A stretch of 64,000 nucleotides of DNA from Octopus vulgaris (GCA_951406725.2 OX597831.1:30070001-30134000), one strand, 5' to 3'; positions 1 to 13,991 are shown, counted from the first letter of the stretch. Notes: generated by a model not told the origin, from the letters alone. Program-made: numbers and translations.

Positions 1-1730
1 ACCTCAGAGCCACTTCTATGCCTGTTTCTGTTGAAATGCACTGCCTTTGCTTAAATTAATTTCATTTAATTTTGAAAATAATTAATTTAGTAAAATAACT
101 TTGTTGTTATCAAAATGGTGTTTGACACAAAATTTTTGATGGGAGGTTTTTAGTCTAGAACACTCTAAAACAGGCTGTTTGTATCATAGACTCAGTAGTC
201 TTGGGTGAAATGGTATTGAAAGGGTTAAGTGAGGATCTGTTGTACACATGTTAATATTCCAAAGGTAGAAATGAAGGTGTAGGACAATGGATGGGTAGGA
301 TATAGGGTGGATAGGATTAGGGCCATGAGCCAGAGATTTACATAAAATGTTGATGATGATGATGAATTCCAATATTTTAAATCCAAGTTTATCCCTGTTA
401 ATGAGGGTGGCTGGATCTACCTCACTCTTACAGCAACATCTCTCCCAGTTTTGGGCATCCTCCCTCCTCAAATCAACCCTCCCAATCTCCTCTGCTACCT
501 GTCCCTTAATTAGCTATAGATAAGCCCTGTAACTCTTTAGCATTCAATTACTTTATCAAATATAACAAAATGCTTATTTACCTGTAATCTATTAAATTAA
601 TCATATTTTACCTAGCAGCTTCAACGGTGTAATTGTTTATTTTTAGAATGACATTGTAGGATAGGTGTGAGAGGCTGGATCTAGCTGGTATGAACATAGA
701 AAAGGTTGAATATTTAGGCCAAATATGACTGGTTTAAATGCAAAAGGGGTCAGAGTAAAACACAGCTACCCTAAACAGAATCTTCGTTAATCTGATGAAA
801 CCTTCATTAACATCCAGCATGAAGGTCAATTCTCACTGTGCAAAGTTAGGTCTATCGCTGGAGGTCTAGACCAGCTGGTATGGCTAAGCCTAATGTGTCT
901 AGGTGGGACACTTGATGGCACTACGTACCCTACTGTGTCTTCTAAAATTACTGATACAGGGGTCGCAATCAAGGGCAGCTGACCAACATCTGGAAACAAG
1001 TCCCCCAAAGCTATTAGGGGACAAACCACAAAAACTGCTTTGAAACCCTAAATAATTGGGTAAGGAGTCCCCAGTTCTAATCTTGGCACACATGTAGTCT
1101 TGTAAAAGACAAAAGATTTATAAAGATATATACAAAATTGTCAGAGAAAGGGATTGTCAGACCCCACCCCTTCTCCGGTAACACAACTGAGTTTCGGGAT
1201 CCATATCAAGGACCCTAATACCATGACATATCAGATTAAACCTTCCAATTTCAGAATATTTTATATACACACTCATACATACATACATACACACACATAC
1301 ATACAGCAATACAGCAAATTTGATAGACAAAATAACTAAAACCCAATTTACGTATGTGTATTTGTATATATATATAATATATATATCATGTGACTGACCA
1401 GGCTATAAGATGTCTCATATCACTGGTCACAATGCGCCTTCGCATTGTTTTAGCATTCAAATGACACCACCTAGCTGGGTAGGCGAGCAGGCTAACATAT
1501 ATACATATACACTCTTTCTCTTTTACTTGTTTCAGTCATTTGGCTGCGGCCATGCCGGAGCACCACCTTTAGTCGAGCAAATCGACCCCAGGACTTATTC
1601 TTTGTAAGCCTAGTACTTATTCTATCAGTCTCTCTTGCCAAACCGCTAAGTTACGGGGACGCAAACAAAACCAGCATCGGTTGTCAAGCGATGGTGGTGG
1701 TGGGGAACAAACACAGACACACAAACATAT

Positions 1731-1775
<45 letters not shown>

Positions 1776-1967
1776 CGATGAGCGTCTTTCTGTTTCCGCC
1801 TACCAAATCCACTCACAAGGCTTTGGTCGGCCCGAGACAATAGTAGAAGACACTTGCCCAAGGTGCCACACAGTGGGAATGAACCTGGAACCATGTGGTT
1901 GGTAAGCAAGCTACTTACCACACAGCCACTCCTGTACCTATACATACACACAAACACACACATATAT

Positions 1968-2010
<43 letters not shown>

Positions 2011-2344
2011 TACTGCATAAATATGCATAGTGCAGTCCAATGAAGGCTAGCAGTGCAAAATGTTGAAGTCAAAGTCACGAGTTTAGTAACATGTACTCAA
2101 TTAAAAAAACTATTGAGTAATTTTGCAGTTTAATGTTAAAGTATTTTATTACAACTTGACCAAAAACATACATACCACATACTCACAAACACACACACAC
2201 ATTTTATCAACCCTGGATGGCAGAAAGTGTCAAAGTCAACCACAGGTAGGGTTTGAACTCAGAATGTAATAAGACAAAATAAAATACTGTTAAGACCCTT
2301 ACTAAGGCACTCTACTGTTTCTGCCAACCAACTTCCACCTTAAT

Positions 2345-2381
<37 letters not shown>

Positions 2382-2713
2382 CCTTTCTATTGTAGGCACA
2401 AGGCCTGAAATTTTGGTGGAGGGGACTAATTGATTACATCAACCCCAGTGTTTCACTGGTACTTAATCTATCAACCCCAAAACGATGAGAGGAAAAGTCG
2501 ACCCCAGCAAAATTTGAACTCAGAACATAAAGACAGGTGAAATACCGCCAAGCATTTTGCCCAGCATGCTAACAATTCTGCCAGCTTGCCACCTTAATAA
2601 TAATAATAATAACAATAATAATAATAGTAATAATAATAATAATAATAATTATAATAATAACAATAATAAATAATAATAACGAATAATGGTTTCTGCTATA
2701 AGTGCCTATAGGC

Positions 2714-3165
2714 CAGTGTTTCTCAACCGGGGTTCTTCGGAACCCTAGGGGTCTGCAAAAAATTCTTAAGTGTTTCGTGAGGAAGAGTGAGATAAACTAA
2801 TGCTAATTTCATGATTGTAATATTACCATACATGCACAACATATTGGTTATTGTAGTATAGACATCATCCTATCTAACCTATTATGTTATCGAAAAAATA
2901 TAACAACCATTAGGGATATATTTAGTGACGTCTGTAATTTATGGACACCCTATATATATATATATATATAATTGATATAGGATAAAATTTTTTTAGGGAA
3001 AAAATTTTTATCAATGGCCAGCATATCAAAAAATGCCTTTAAAGGTAAACTTTATAGAGATTTCTATCGGTTTGTTTCAAGACGCATAAATTTAATGATT
3101 ATCGACAATTTTTTGTTTCGGCGTATCTGGCATTAGAATTTTTCTTCTGCCCTTATCTTGTAAAT

Positions 3166-3207
<42 letters not shown>

Positions 3208-3485
3208 AAGTGCCTTATTTTCATTTGCCTATTACTTCAATACACTTGACTAATATAGGCAGAATGAGATACTTTTATCTATGGGCTGAAACAGCTGTAA
3301 GTTATTTTACTAATTTATATTCATGTTTTTTAATAATTACTTGTATCCTTATCTTATATGCATAGAATAATATGCTGTATGTATGTATGTTATTATAATT
3401 ATCAGTTTAATAAATAAATAAGTTAACATTTTCAATGTCCTAAAGTTGATGAACCAACTATGGTTTTCCTCCGTTTTCTTATTTG

Positions 3486-3545
<60 letters not shown>

Positions 3546-3768
3546 GTATATATATAGCAAATGAAAGACAGAAGATGGAATATACGAGAATTTATTATTA
3601 ATCACATCTAGCATTGATCCCTCATGGGTGGGACACCCAACAAACTGGCACAATGAAAAAAATATGAGAAAGATATGGTGCATAATTTTTTTGAGGGGTG
3701 TAGGGGTTCTTTGAAACATGTAATTTATTTTAAGGGTTACTCAAGGGTAAAAAGGTTGAGAAACACTG
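2714..3768. mobile_element. Non-autonomous hAT (Charlie-like) element nested in a SINE tail
   Basis: TIR CAGTGTTTCTCAACC; 8-bp TSD ctataggc/ttataggc. Confidence 0.85.
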
Positions 3769-4048
3769 TTATAGGCACAAGGCCTGAAATTTTAGTGGGG
3801 GAATGGGTTAGTTGGTAACTTTGACCTTACTGCTTAACTGGTACTTATTTTTATCGACCCCCGAAAGGACGAAAGGTTAAGTTGGCAGAATTTGAACTCA
3901 AAAATGCAAAGACAGACGAAATGCCACTAAGTATTTTGTCTGCTAATGATTCTGCCCGCTCATCACCTTCATAATAATAATAATAATAACAACAACAATA
4001 ACAACAACAACAATAATAATGACAATAAAAGTCAGAAAAAGGTAAAAG

Positions 4049-6613
4049 TTAATTTAAGCTGATATAGGAATGGCTACGAAGTTCCATAAGCAGATCTTGT
4101 TCACTGGGTTCCTCGAGTGAACGTCGAAACATTGCATGTAAAGAGAGTAATTCCGTTGTTTCTTCCATTGATTCCGTTCGATCTCTCATGCCGAGGCCAA
4201 GTCTGTCCCACTTCATGATGAAGTTCTCCAAAATCAGGGCTGTCAACAAATTGAGAACGATGACAACGGAAAACAACCACCAAAATACGAAATAAAGATA
4301 GGAAAATTTTGAGGTTGCAGATGCGTACGCTGAAAGGAATACCTGCCAGTTATTAACGACCATAATGTCCCAGAGGACCATTAAGGACGAAGCAAAGTCA
4401 TCGAAATTATTGGCCCAGTACTCCAATTGTTGATATGAGCCACATTTAGAATGGTGTTTCGAAGCAGCATCTAGTTGGGACTGTGGAGAAAGAAGGGTGG
4501 ATTCGGAATTGTTTACTGGGTTGTAAGTGATGGCACCCTGAAATAGTTCCATTCCGAGTAGGGCATAACTGTAAAAAATGACAACAAGAATTCCTGCAAA
4601 GGCTTTCAGATTCTGTACAAGATCCAGTAATGTGCTAGCTACCAATGCCAGTGTTTTTATCAAAGGGATAATACGGATTAAGCGTATTATAATAAGAATA
4701 TTGGTAAGACGGATTAAGTTCCGCAAAGACGTCACGCCTTCAATGAAAGAGTCTTCGTTGGAAAATGGTAAACCATACAAAACAACTGTGACCATCTGGA
4801 CTACGACCAGAATTAACGTAATTCCACAATCATATACACAACCTTTAAAGGAGAAATACCGTTTGATACCAGCTGCCCATATTTTCAAGAACTGTTCCGT
4901 GACATAGTAGATAAGAAAGACAAAGTTTCCAGCCATTAACAATGTATGGGTCGATGCCATAGATTTTTCATATTGAACATTCAGCTGGACAGTCAATAAG
5001 ATTACATTTAAACAAGCTATAAACATACTAAAATATAAGAAATAAATGTGGTTGGCCATTCTTTGGAGCATCTGAAGGGCAGTGTTATTAACCCACACGA
5101 TAGGGGGTGGAGTTTTTACAACCACGAAGGTACGGTCAATGACTGAGAAAATATCTTTAAACTGAGCAAAGTTCAAAAAGGATTCGGAATAGACACAGAT
5201 TTTCTGATGCATTTTTGACTTGACAGTTTTAGACAGATCTGCCATTTCTATCACCCTTTGTATGATGCTCAGCTCCACCGTAGAACTCTCACTGATCACG
5301 CTTTGTTGATTCAAAACACTAAATGCAGCAAAAATTGCAACTCGGCGCCGGAAAAGACTTGATTGCATAGAATTGAGAAAATATCCACGGAACTGGTTGT
5401 ATATGACTGCCGTTAGCATGTTCATAAAACAGTAAAGACCAATGGCAAGGAACAGGACAAAGTAAATACTGTACAAACGGTTTTGGTTATAAGCTGGCAT
5501 CATAATGTCAGGATTGTTAGCAGTGGTCAGTAGAATTAACATACTCATAAAAGATTCACTGAGGTTCTTGAAGTATTTCTTTTCTTCTTTAGTATTTGGC
5601 GGCAAAATTGTGTTGTTTGTGACATTGTGTTTTGTGATGTTCTTCCAGTCGACATTCTGCGGAGGCTGAGGAAATATCAACATGCCCAGCAGACTAAAGA
5701 CATAGAGGTGGAAAGCAAGCATGAGAAGAATACTGAATACCTCCGGAACGGTTCTCCGCAAACAGTTGACAATTTTCTTCATGAGGGACGAATGTTGCAG
5801 TATAAAGAACGGTCGGAGCATTCTGCGGACTCGGACCACTTCATTACAACCAACGCTCACGGACACAGACCAGTCGATAAATGAGACAAGCAATACAATC
5901 ACATCTGCTATCATCCATTTCGATGCTAAGAATTGTTTTAAACCAACAGCATAGATTTTAGTGGAAAGATCAACAGCCAGGAGCAGCAGACACATCATTT
6001 CAACTGACTGTGTGGTCAAGCACGACAGTTCAATCCTCGGATCCTGTTGCTTGATACTGGAGCTCCAACTCAACGAAGAAGGGAATTCGAAAAACGCAAG
6101 CGAATGAAGTATAATGATGGTGACGTACCTGATACAGGTGAGGAAGCGTGAGTAGTGGAATCGGTAAAGCTTCAAAGATGCCGTGTCAACTTTATGATGT
6201 ATGGAACGGTAGGTGTTGGCATCTTCTACAAAGACGACCGCCTGGAGAACGGCATCGCTTTCGTCCATTAGATGAACGTATTGATTATTTTGTTGGGATG
6301 GATGGTGGTACTGGTGGCTCTCGCTCAATAAACATCTACCGTTGTCATTTCGAAATTGGACACTGCCAGTCGATGGAGTATGAGGTTTGTTTCTGCTGAT
6401 GCTGTTTGTAAACATTATAGATGTAGGGTCGTCATTAGCAGCAGCAGCAGCAGCAACAGTAGAAGGAGAAGGAGAAGAAGACACGAGATTCGGGTTTCTG
6501 TCATAGTCTGTTTGTTTCGATGGTAAAGCTGTTGGTGAGGTTTCCACCGGAGACGAAGAATTGCTTTCATTGGCAACTTTCGGATACTGCATCTCTCGCG
6601 AATCAAAAGACAT
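4049..6613 (-). CDS. TPCN2: Two-pore channel 2 (TPC2), single-exon CDS, 854 aa from the first ATG
   Basis: Uninterrupted ORF with two 6-TM repeats. Filter motifs LLTTANNPDIMMPAY and MVVNNWQVFL; TPC2-type N-terminal block QAVVFVEDANTYRSIHHKVD; SSLMKK and NQFRGY. The track starts at GTG 6643; the first in-frame ATG is at 6613. Confidence 0.93.
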   Translation of the reverse strand: MSFDSREMQYPKVANESNSSSPVETSPTALPSKQTDYDRNPNLVSSSPSPSTVAAAAAANDDPTSIMFTNSISRNKPHTPSTGSVQFRNDNGRCLLSESHQYHHPSQQNNQYVHLMDESDAVLQAVVFVEDANTYRSIHHKVDTASLKLYRFHYSRFLTCIRYVTIIILHSLAFFEFPSSLSWSSSIKQQDPRIELSCLTTQSVEMMCLLLLAVDLSTKIYAVGLKQFLASKWMIADVIVLLVSFIDWSVSVSVGCNEVVRVRRMLRPFFILQHSSLMKKIVNCLRRTVPEVFSILLMLAFHLYVFSLLGMLIFPQPPQNVDWKNITKHNVTNNTILPPNTKEEKKYFKNLSESFMSMLILLTTANNPDIMMPAYNQNRLYSIYFVLFLAIGLYCFMNMLTAVIYNQFRGYFLNSMQSSLFRRRVAIFAAFSVLNQQSVISESSTVELSIIQRVIEMADLSKTVKSKMHQKICVYSESFLNFAQFKDIFSVIDRTFVVVKTPPPIVWVNNTALQMLQRMANHIYFLYFSMFIACLNVILLTVQLNVQYEKSMASTHTLLMAGNFVFLIYYVTEQFLKIWAAGIKRYFSFKGCVYDCGITLILVVVQMVTVVLYGLPFSNEDSFIEGVTSLRNLIRLTNILIIIRLIRIIPLIKTLALVASTLLDLVQNLKAFAGILVVIFYSYALLGMELFQGAITYNPVNNSESTLLSPQSQLDAASKHHSKCGSYQQLEYWANNFDDFASSLMVLWDIMVVNNWQVFLSAYASATSKFSYLYFVFWWLFSVVIVLNLLTALILENFIMKWDRLGLGMRDRTESMEETTELLSLHAMFRRSLEEPSEQDLLMELRSHSYISLN

Positions 6614-9600
6614 CTTGAAGAAATCTCTCACAATATTTGGCACACGCGATCAGTTATTTATTATATTTCTTCTGAACCTTTCTTTTCTGAAGTGCAAGGT
6701 GTGTATAAAATATTTTTTTCTCCTCTGTTAGACTCTCACAGTTAAAATATCGTATTTACATTTATATATATACACACACACAATAAACTGTGTAGTTGTA
6801 AAAACAACAGAAAACGGAGCAAATATATAATTTTTGTTGATGCTATTGTTTTCGTTATTGAAGAATAAAAAATATATTTCTTTTAATTGTTGCGTTGTTA
6901 TTTTGTCTGTCTGTTCTATTTAAAGACGAGGGGGGCATCAGACTTTGTCGTTGTTGATAATTTAATCTTCAAGTAAAAAAATTGGCCTCTTCACACTGTG
7001 GCCTTTATCACATTATCCCTTTTTTTTTATCGTCTCCCCGACACAAAGATATGTCACACAGATACTTATATGAATGTATATAGATATAGCGAGAGTAAAA
7101 GAGAGAGATAAATATATATTTAGACAGACCAACGGGTTCGTCGTTAAATTTCTTCTTCTTCGTCGTCTTCTGAGATTTCGGTCATTCTGGGTTTATTTGT
7201 GGACAAAAACATCGACATAAACAACTTCATCGCTCTTCTATGAACACCACAACAACTGCAGCAACTCTGTAGCGCAGCTGCTTCGAGGGGGCAGGGCTTC
7301 TTCCGCTTCTTCTTCGTTTCAAAGTTGGATTTCTCTTAGTTTTTCAATGAAAGATTTTTTTTTTATGAATGGCCGGTGTAGCGCCTCTGATGTACCACTT
7401 TGACATTTATTCCGGCCTCTGTCTCTATTCTTTCTTTCTCTATTTTGATATATGTATGTATAGTTATTTCCTTATGTGTATGTATGTCTCTGTGTGTGTG
7501 TGTGTGTGTAGTATATAGACACGCCCAAACCAAAAAAAACCGCGGTGATGACGCAAACGTAAAGAAAAATAACCACTCGCTTAAATCTCCTTTCACCCGT
7601 AATTGAAATTAGTTTTCTTTGCTAACTTTTATACTCTGTAACAGTAGACACCTTATCACTTGCTAACTACATCCGGCATCAAAACACTGCTACTACTTCT
7701 ACTACAGTAACAACAACAATAACAAACCTGTTTATATATTCCAACGTGACTTTATTCAAGTTTTTAAAAAAATGCATGGTTGGTGGATCCTAGGAATTTA
7801 ACACAACTGAATTTTAAACCTCGTCTTCGGTTACTTGACGTTGATAATAAGATAGATAATAAAAGGGCGATCCTTCGGTATAGGTACCGTAAGAACATGT
7901 TTTATATGACGCATTCTGAAAGTGTTCAGTTACAAAAAATTATTTTTTAAATCTGTCGGTCAAAAGATAAAGATCTCAAAAACGTGATAAACTTTTATTA
8001 GGCGATCCTTCGGTATAGGTACCGTAAAATATATGTATATGTATATATGTTTGTCCCCCCCCCCCCAACATCGCCTGACAACCGATGCTGGTGTGTTTAC
8101 GTCCCAGTAACGTAGCGGTTCGGCAAAAGTTACCGATAGAATAAGTACTAGGCTTACAAAGAATAAGTCCTGGGGTCGATTTTCCCCTACTAAAGGCGGT
8201 GCTCCAGCATGGCCACAACCAAATGACTGAAACAAGTAAAAAAAAAAAAAAAGTCCTTCGGAATTAATATACAAAGGGGGCGAGCTGGCGAAAACGTTAG
8301 CATGCCAGGCAAAATGTTTACCGGGATTTTGTCTCTCTTTACGTTCCGAGTTCAAATTCCGCCGAGGCCGACTTTGTTCTTTATCCTTTCGGGGTGGATA
8401 AATTAAGTACCAGTTGCATCCTGGGATCGATCTAATTGACTGGCCCCTTACCCCAAAATTTCGGGCCTAATACCTTGAGCAGAAAAGATTAATAGACAAC
8501 GTCGTTAATCCTGTTTTTCAGCCTTCCTCTTTTTTTTACGTCATGAGAATTTTGCGTGGTTGAACGACGTGGTATACTAATACCGAAGGATTGCCTTGCC
8601 GAGAATAATACTTTTTTTACTCGTTTCAGTCATTTGACTGCGGCCATGCTGGAGCACCGCCTTTAGTCGAGCAAATCGACCCCAGGACTTATTCTTTGTA
8701 AGCCCAGTTCTTATTCTATCGGTCTGTTTTGCCGAACCGCTAAGTTACGGGGACGTAAACACACCAGCATCGGTCGTCAAGCAAAAGCTAGGGAGACAAA
8801 CACACACACACACACATATATATATATCACGTGACCGACCAGACCATCAGATGTTACACATCGCTGGTCACAATGCGTTCGCATTGTTTTAGCCTTCGAA
8901 TGACGCCACCCCGCTGGCTAAGCGAGCAGGCCAATATATATATACATATATACGACAGGCTTCTTTCAGTTTCCGTCTACCAAATCCACTCACAAGGCAT
9001 TGGTCGGCCCGGGGCTACAGCAGAAGACACATGCCCAAGATGCCACGCAGTGGGACTGAACCCGGAACCATGTGGTTGATTAGCAAGCTACTTACCACAC
9101 AGCCGCTCCTGATTGATTTCTTACCTTACATATCTTTCGAAACAACAAATAATTTAATCATTCTAATGACGTTTTTATAAAACAGTACCGGACCGACGAT
9201 CTGGCAAGCAGGAGAAGTGGGGATAGGAAATGTCCGGGAGCTTCGGATCTTCTGGTTTTCTAGAGACATTGAAAAAATATATATTCTTTTTATTTATCAC
9301 AGTCATTTGACTGCGACCACGCTGGAGCACTGTCTTAAAGGGTTTTTTTTTAGTCGAAGAAATCGGCCCCAGGACTTATTATTTTATTTGTAAGCCTAGT
9401 ACTTATTCTATCGGTCTCGTTTGCCGAACCGCTAATTATGGGAACGTAAACACACCAACATCGGTTGTCAAGCGATGGTGGGGAGACAAACACACACACA
9501 CATACACATATATATACGATAGGCTGCTTTCAATTTCCGTCTACCAAATCCACTCACAAGGCTTTGGTCGGCCCGTGGCTATAGAAGAAGACACTTGCCC

Positions 9601-10984
9601 AAGGTGCCATGCAGTGGGACTGAACCAAGAACCATGTGGTTGGGAAGCAAGTTTCTTACCATACAGCCACGCCTATATGAAATATTAAATACAGTATGAA
9701 AAGTAAAGAGCAAAATTGTGCTTAGCAGATTTAAATACATGCACTTCTAAAGCACCGTTTATTTAAAGTTTGTTAATCTACTATTCCAGGTGTACAGTAT
9801 ACTGTTCGTAGGATGAAAACTGAAGGAAGAAAAATAGGAACGATTTTATTCAACGAATACCGGTACAGATTAACACGATAAACGTCGCCCTTTTCAAGCC
9901 AAGCCAGGCTCATGGACCCGGCTTCTGTGGCGTATGTGTTCCACCCAGCTGGACGGGACGCCAGTCCATCGCAGCATTACTCAATAAACAGGAAGAGGGA
10001 ATGAGAGAAAGTTGTGGTGAAAGAGTACAACCGGGGTCACCACCACCCCCTGCTGGAGCCTCGTGGAGCTTTTAGGTTTTTCGCTCAATAAACACACAGA
10101 ACGTGGGAATCGAAACCGCGATCCTCCGACCGCTGCCCTAACCACTGGGCCATTGCTCCTCCGCCAGATAAACACGCTGTATGCAAATTAACCAACTTCA
10201 AAAAGAGGGTTTGTTTATTCAGTGCAGGGTACAAGGTATGAACGGTATTGCATGGTGTGCCCAGATTTCTGGAGATTCTGAACTTCTGGAAGGCTGATAG
10301 AGAGATCCGATGCAGTAAGAGTTTCGTATTAAAAAAAATATTCTAAGGGCGACAACTTAGTATCTCTTATTAATTCAGTCTTTGGCATTTCGTTTTGTGG
10401 ATAAAAAAAAAGATGCTGTGTTTATAAATATAATTCTTATTTTCACTGAATTTTTAAATAGTTATTTCAAACTAGTTTATCTATAGTAAATTTCAATCAT
10501 ATCGAGATACTGAATATCATTTTTATAGATCAAGCATTTTTTGTTTTCCAATTTCGAGTTCTTTAAATTCGAAGTTTTTGCTAAATTGTAATATACTAGC
10601 TGAATAGCCCATCATCGACGGGCAATTTTTACAATAGAATGCCTTATATAAATTTTTGTTTATTCCATGCCTTTCCCGACAGATAGGGCTTTTGAACAGG
10701 GTAAATTTGTGCAATTTTTCGCAAAAAAACTTCGTTGGTGTTTTTTCCTTTTAAAATCACTTACATGTCCGTTCGATCGATTCATATGACTTTATTTATT
10801 AGAATTTATTAAAACTTCAGAAGTCCTTACTACTTTGGTCGTCGTAATGCTTAGCTTTCGTTTATTTAATAAAAATTCCACCTAATGATTTGGCATTCAT
10901 TCTGTGATAGACAGCTGTCATGCAAAAAATGCCAGCTTCCAAATCCTGTTTTCCGATTAGGTAAAATTGGTTAAACTTTAAACC

Positions 10985-12040
10985 TTAGTAACATTTTCCT
11001 GCCATGCATAAGTTTCTCATCACCTTTAACAAGTCCGCTTTTAGGATACTGAACTTGATATTATCTGCAAGAGCTGCGTTCGTGTAGACGTATTTAGAGG
11101 CCATGGGTTTGGCATAGTGGGAATGAAGGATCTGGACCTTGTTGCTCCTGGTTTCCAGCCAGAGTTGTGTGTCTAAAATCTTATTGTCTGTTGCTAGGGT
11201 ATTTGCTAAGGAAATCTGTTGTTACTTAAATACTCAAGTGGATGGAGTTAGCTACATGCTGGATGCTCTTCATAAAGCTAGCATCTAGTTCATTGAAAAG
11301 TACCACTGTCTTGCAGAGGTGCTTTTTCCACTATGTTGATATCATCCACAAAGCGGGAGCACATGTTTAGGGTTACGGAGCTCTCTGCTAAGCATTCTTT
11401 GAAGTCTCCTGTCCCACAATAGCATGAAGAGGCTAGCCACATCGCCAGCGATACTGACACAGATGGCTGCAACCTCTTTTTGGGCCCATATCTTGTCATT
11501 AAACTTGAACATATGGCCCTTTCATGTAACTTTGGTACTCGCACCTACCGCATGTGCAACTATTTTACTCGTGTGATTGTAGTTATCGTGGGATCGTATG
11601 GCTCTGATCCACCAATTCCATCTTCTCCACGTCGCTCTCAACAGCAAAATCAACATCAGTGGATGAGTGTAGGGACACCACATCCATACTGCCTATTGTG
11701 CATCCTGTCGCGTCGCAGGTGGGGTTCCATTTGTTGAGGTCTTGCTACTGGATCAGTGGTCGCTTTTTTATCCTTGCAGAGTCCATACAGCGCTGGGACA
11801 TCGTTATTCGCGACTTGGAAGTTGTTGGTCGTGCGTTTCTTTAGTCCCAGGAAGTTTGACCACATCATCATGTGAGCATGGACAATCTTTTACCTCTCTA
11901 CACATGCTTGCGTTATTTCTCTCATGTTGGTGATGCGAGGTTGCACTGCCTGAATGTTGTTCGGCAGGCTATCGACATTTTCTTCTATCCCAGTGGTCCG
12001 CAAAAGTAGTACAGAGTGTCTGTGAACATGTTAAGATGAC
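10985..12040 (-). mobile_element. Decayed Penelope-like reverse transcriptase
   Basis: Fragments VPALYGLCKDKK (PxLYGLxKxHK-like), RFVDDI and ILDTQLW...HYAKPMAS, in the expected order and with frameshifts. Confidence 0.55.
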
Positions 12041-13822
12041 AAGACTTTTCAATACCCTGGGAAAACTCATTTAAATAAAAGGGGTCCTTGGTAGTGAAAA
12101 GGTTGGGAACCACAGCTCTATCTCACTATTATTGCTCGTGTTGGTTTGCATATTTTCAGTCTTCGTTGTTGTTGCTATCACCATTAGCGAGCTGGCAGAA
12201 TGCTTAGCAGCGTTTCGTCAGTCCTTACGTTCTGAGTTCAAATTCCATGGAGGTCGACTTTGCCATTCATCCCTTCGAATGAGCTCTAGGGTCAATGTAA
12301 TCGATCCGTTCTCGCCCCACAAAATTTCTGCCCTTATGACAAAATTTGAAGCCATGATTATCACTAATAATATTAGTTTGGCTGCACCCGCAGAAAGCTT
12401 AAAATTTAGTAGTGAAGAAATTGTTCGGAATGGTTATATTAAAAAAGTAAATAAAAAATTAAAGGGGAGATAAGTAGTAACAGAAGTAACTTACTCTTTA
12501 ACAGAATGTGAACATAGCCGTAGGAGTGGCTGTGTGGTAAGTAGCTTGCTTACCAATCACATGGTTCCAGGTTCAGTCCTACTGCGTGGCACCTTGGGCG
12601 AGTGTCTTCTACTATAGTCTAGGGCCGACCAAAGCCTTGTGAGTGGATTTGGTAGACGGAAACTGAAAGAAGCCTGTCGTATATATGTATGTTTGTTCCC
12701 CCCACCCCAACATCGCTTGACAACCGATGCTAGTGTGTTTACGTCCTCGTAACGTAGCGGTTCGGCAAGAGACCGATGGAATAAGTACTAGGCTTACAAA
12801 AAATAAGTCCTTGGTTCAATTTGCTCGACCAAAGAGTGCTCCAGCATGGCCAGTCAAATGACTGAAACAACTAAAAGAGATATATAGAAATCACATCCCG
12901 ATTGAATCTTCCGTAACTCTTGTATTCCTCTTCGCACACACAGCAACCTTAGTTACATACCGAGGAATATAAAAAGAACATTTTTTCAGCTCATTGTTCT
13001 TCGAAAAAAGAAAAAAAAACATCTGCAGCCTTCTGTCTTGATAAACCACTACTGTTTCTGAAAAGTTCAGAGCGTGGTGCAGCTCCCTGGCTTGCCAAAG
13101 CCAGCATAGAGAACAGGCATTAAATGATGATGATGATATACACACACATACTCAGAGAGGGCACCCTTCAATTATATCAAATTCGATAACTGGCATCCGT
13201 GCTAGTAGAGCGCTAAGAGCACCATCATTGCCAGTGGCATGCAAAAAGCTGCATACGAGTGTCGCCTTACTGGCACTTGTGCCAGTGACACCTGAAAAAA
13301 CATTCGTTGCCAGTACCACTACACTGGCCCTCGTGCTGGCAGTATGTAAAAGCACCCACTATAGTCCCAGAGTGGTTGGCGTTAGGAAGGGCATCCAGCA
13401 GTAGAAACTCTGCCAGATCAGATTGGAGCATGGTGCAGCCATCTGGTTCATCAGTCCTCAGAGAAATCGTCCAACCCATGCTAGCATGGAAAGCGGACGT
13501 TAAATGATGATGATGATGATGATGAAGGAAACAAATAGTGGAGCAGAGGAACATATGCCAATGATTTCACTAATTTGGGAAGAATAAGCAAAGGTGACCT
13601 CAGAAACAACCGGAACCAGTAACAATAAATACTAAAATAAACACAAAGCCAGAAATTTAGGATTAAAAAATCCAGTTGTAAAACCTTAGTCAAGCCTTGA
13701 ATGATGAAAAGTGAGATTAACTACCATCAGCAGGAATAGAACTCAGAACATAAAAGACCAAAATGAGAAAAAAAAAGTTTTCTTATTTGGAAGAAATAAT
13801 GATTGAATATAAAATTTAAACC

Positions 13823-13828
13823 TTTATT
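13823..13828 (-). terminator. Probable NOP56 polyadenylation signal
   Basis: AATAAA on the minus strand ~165 nt after the stop codon. Confidence 0.5.
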
Positions 13829-13991
13829 TTTTCTTCTCTTTTTTGTTATCCAATAACCAAAGTATTGGAAATACACATTAAAAAATAACATAATTTAAAA
13901 TGGTCCGCCACAGATGCTACCTATCAGTAGCATCCGTCTTTGATAACACAGCCATACACTTACACACACTCATACAAATCCTCTCATTCAT

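Noticed and set aside
785-830. CTGATGA followed by the stem ACCTTCAT/ATGAAGGT (hammerhead-like)
   Set aside because: No GAAA after the stem and no stem III or UH site
6614-6643. GTG-initiated 10-aa extension of TPC2 given by the ORF track
   Set aside because: Eukaryotic gene; the first in-frame ATG at 6613 is the more defensible start
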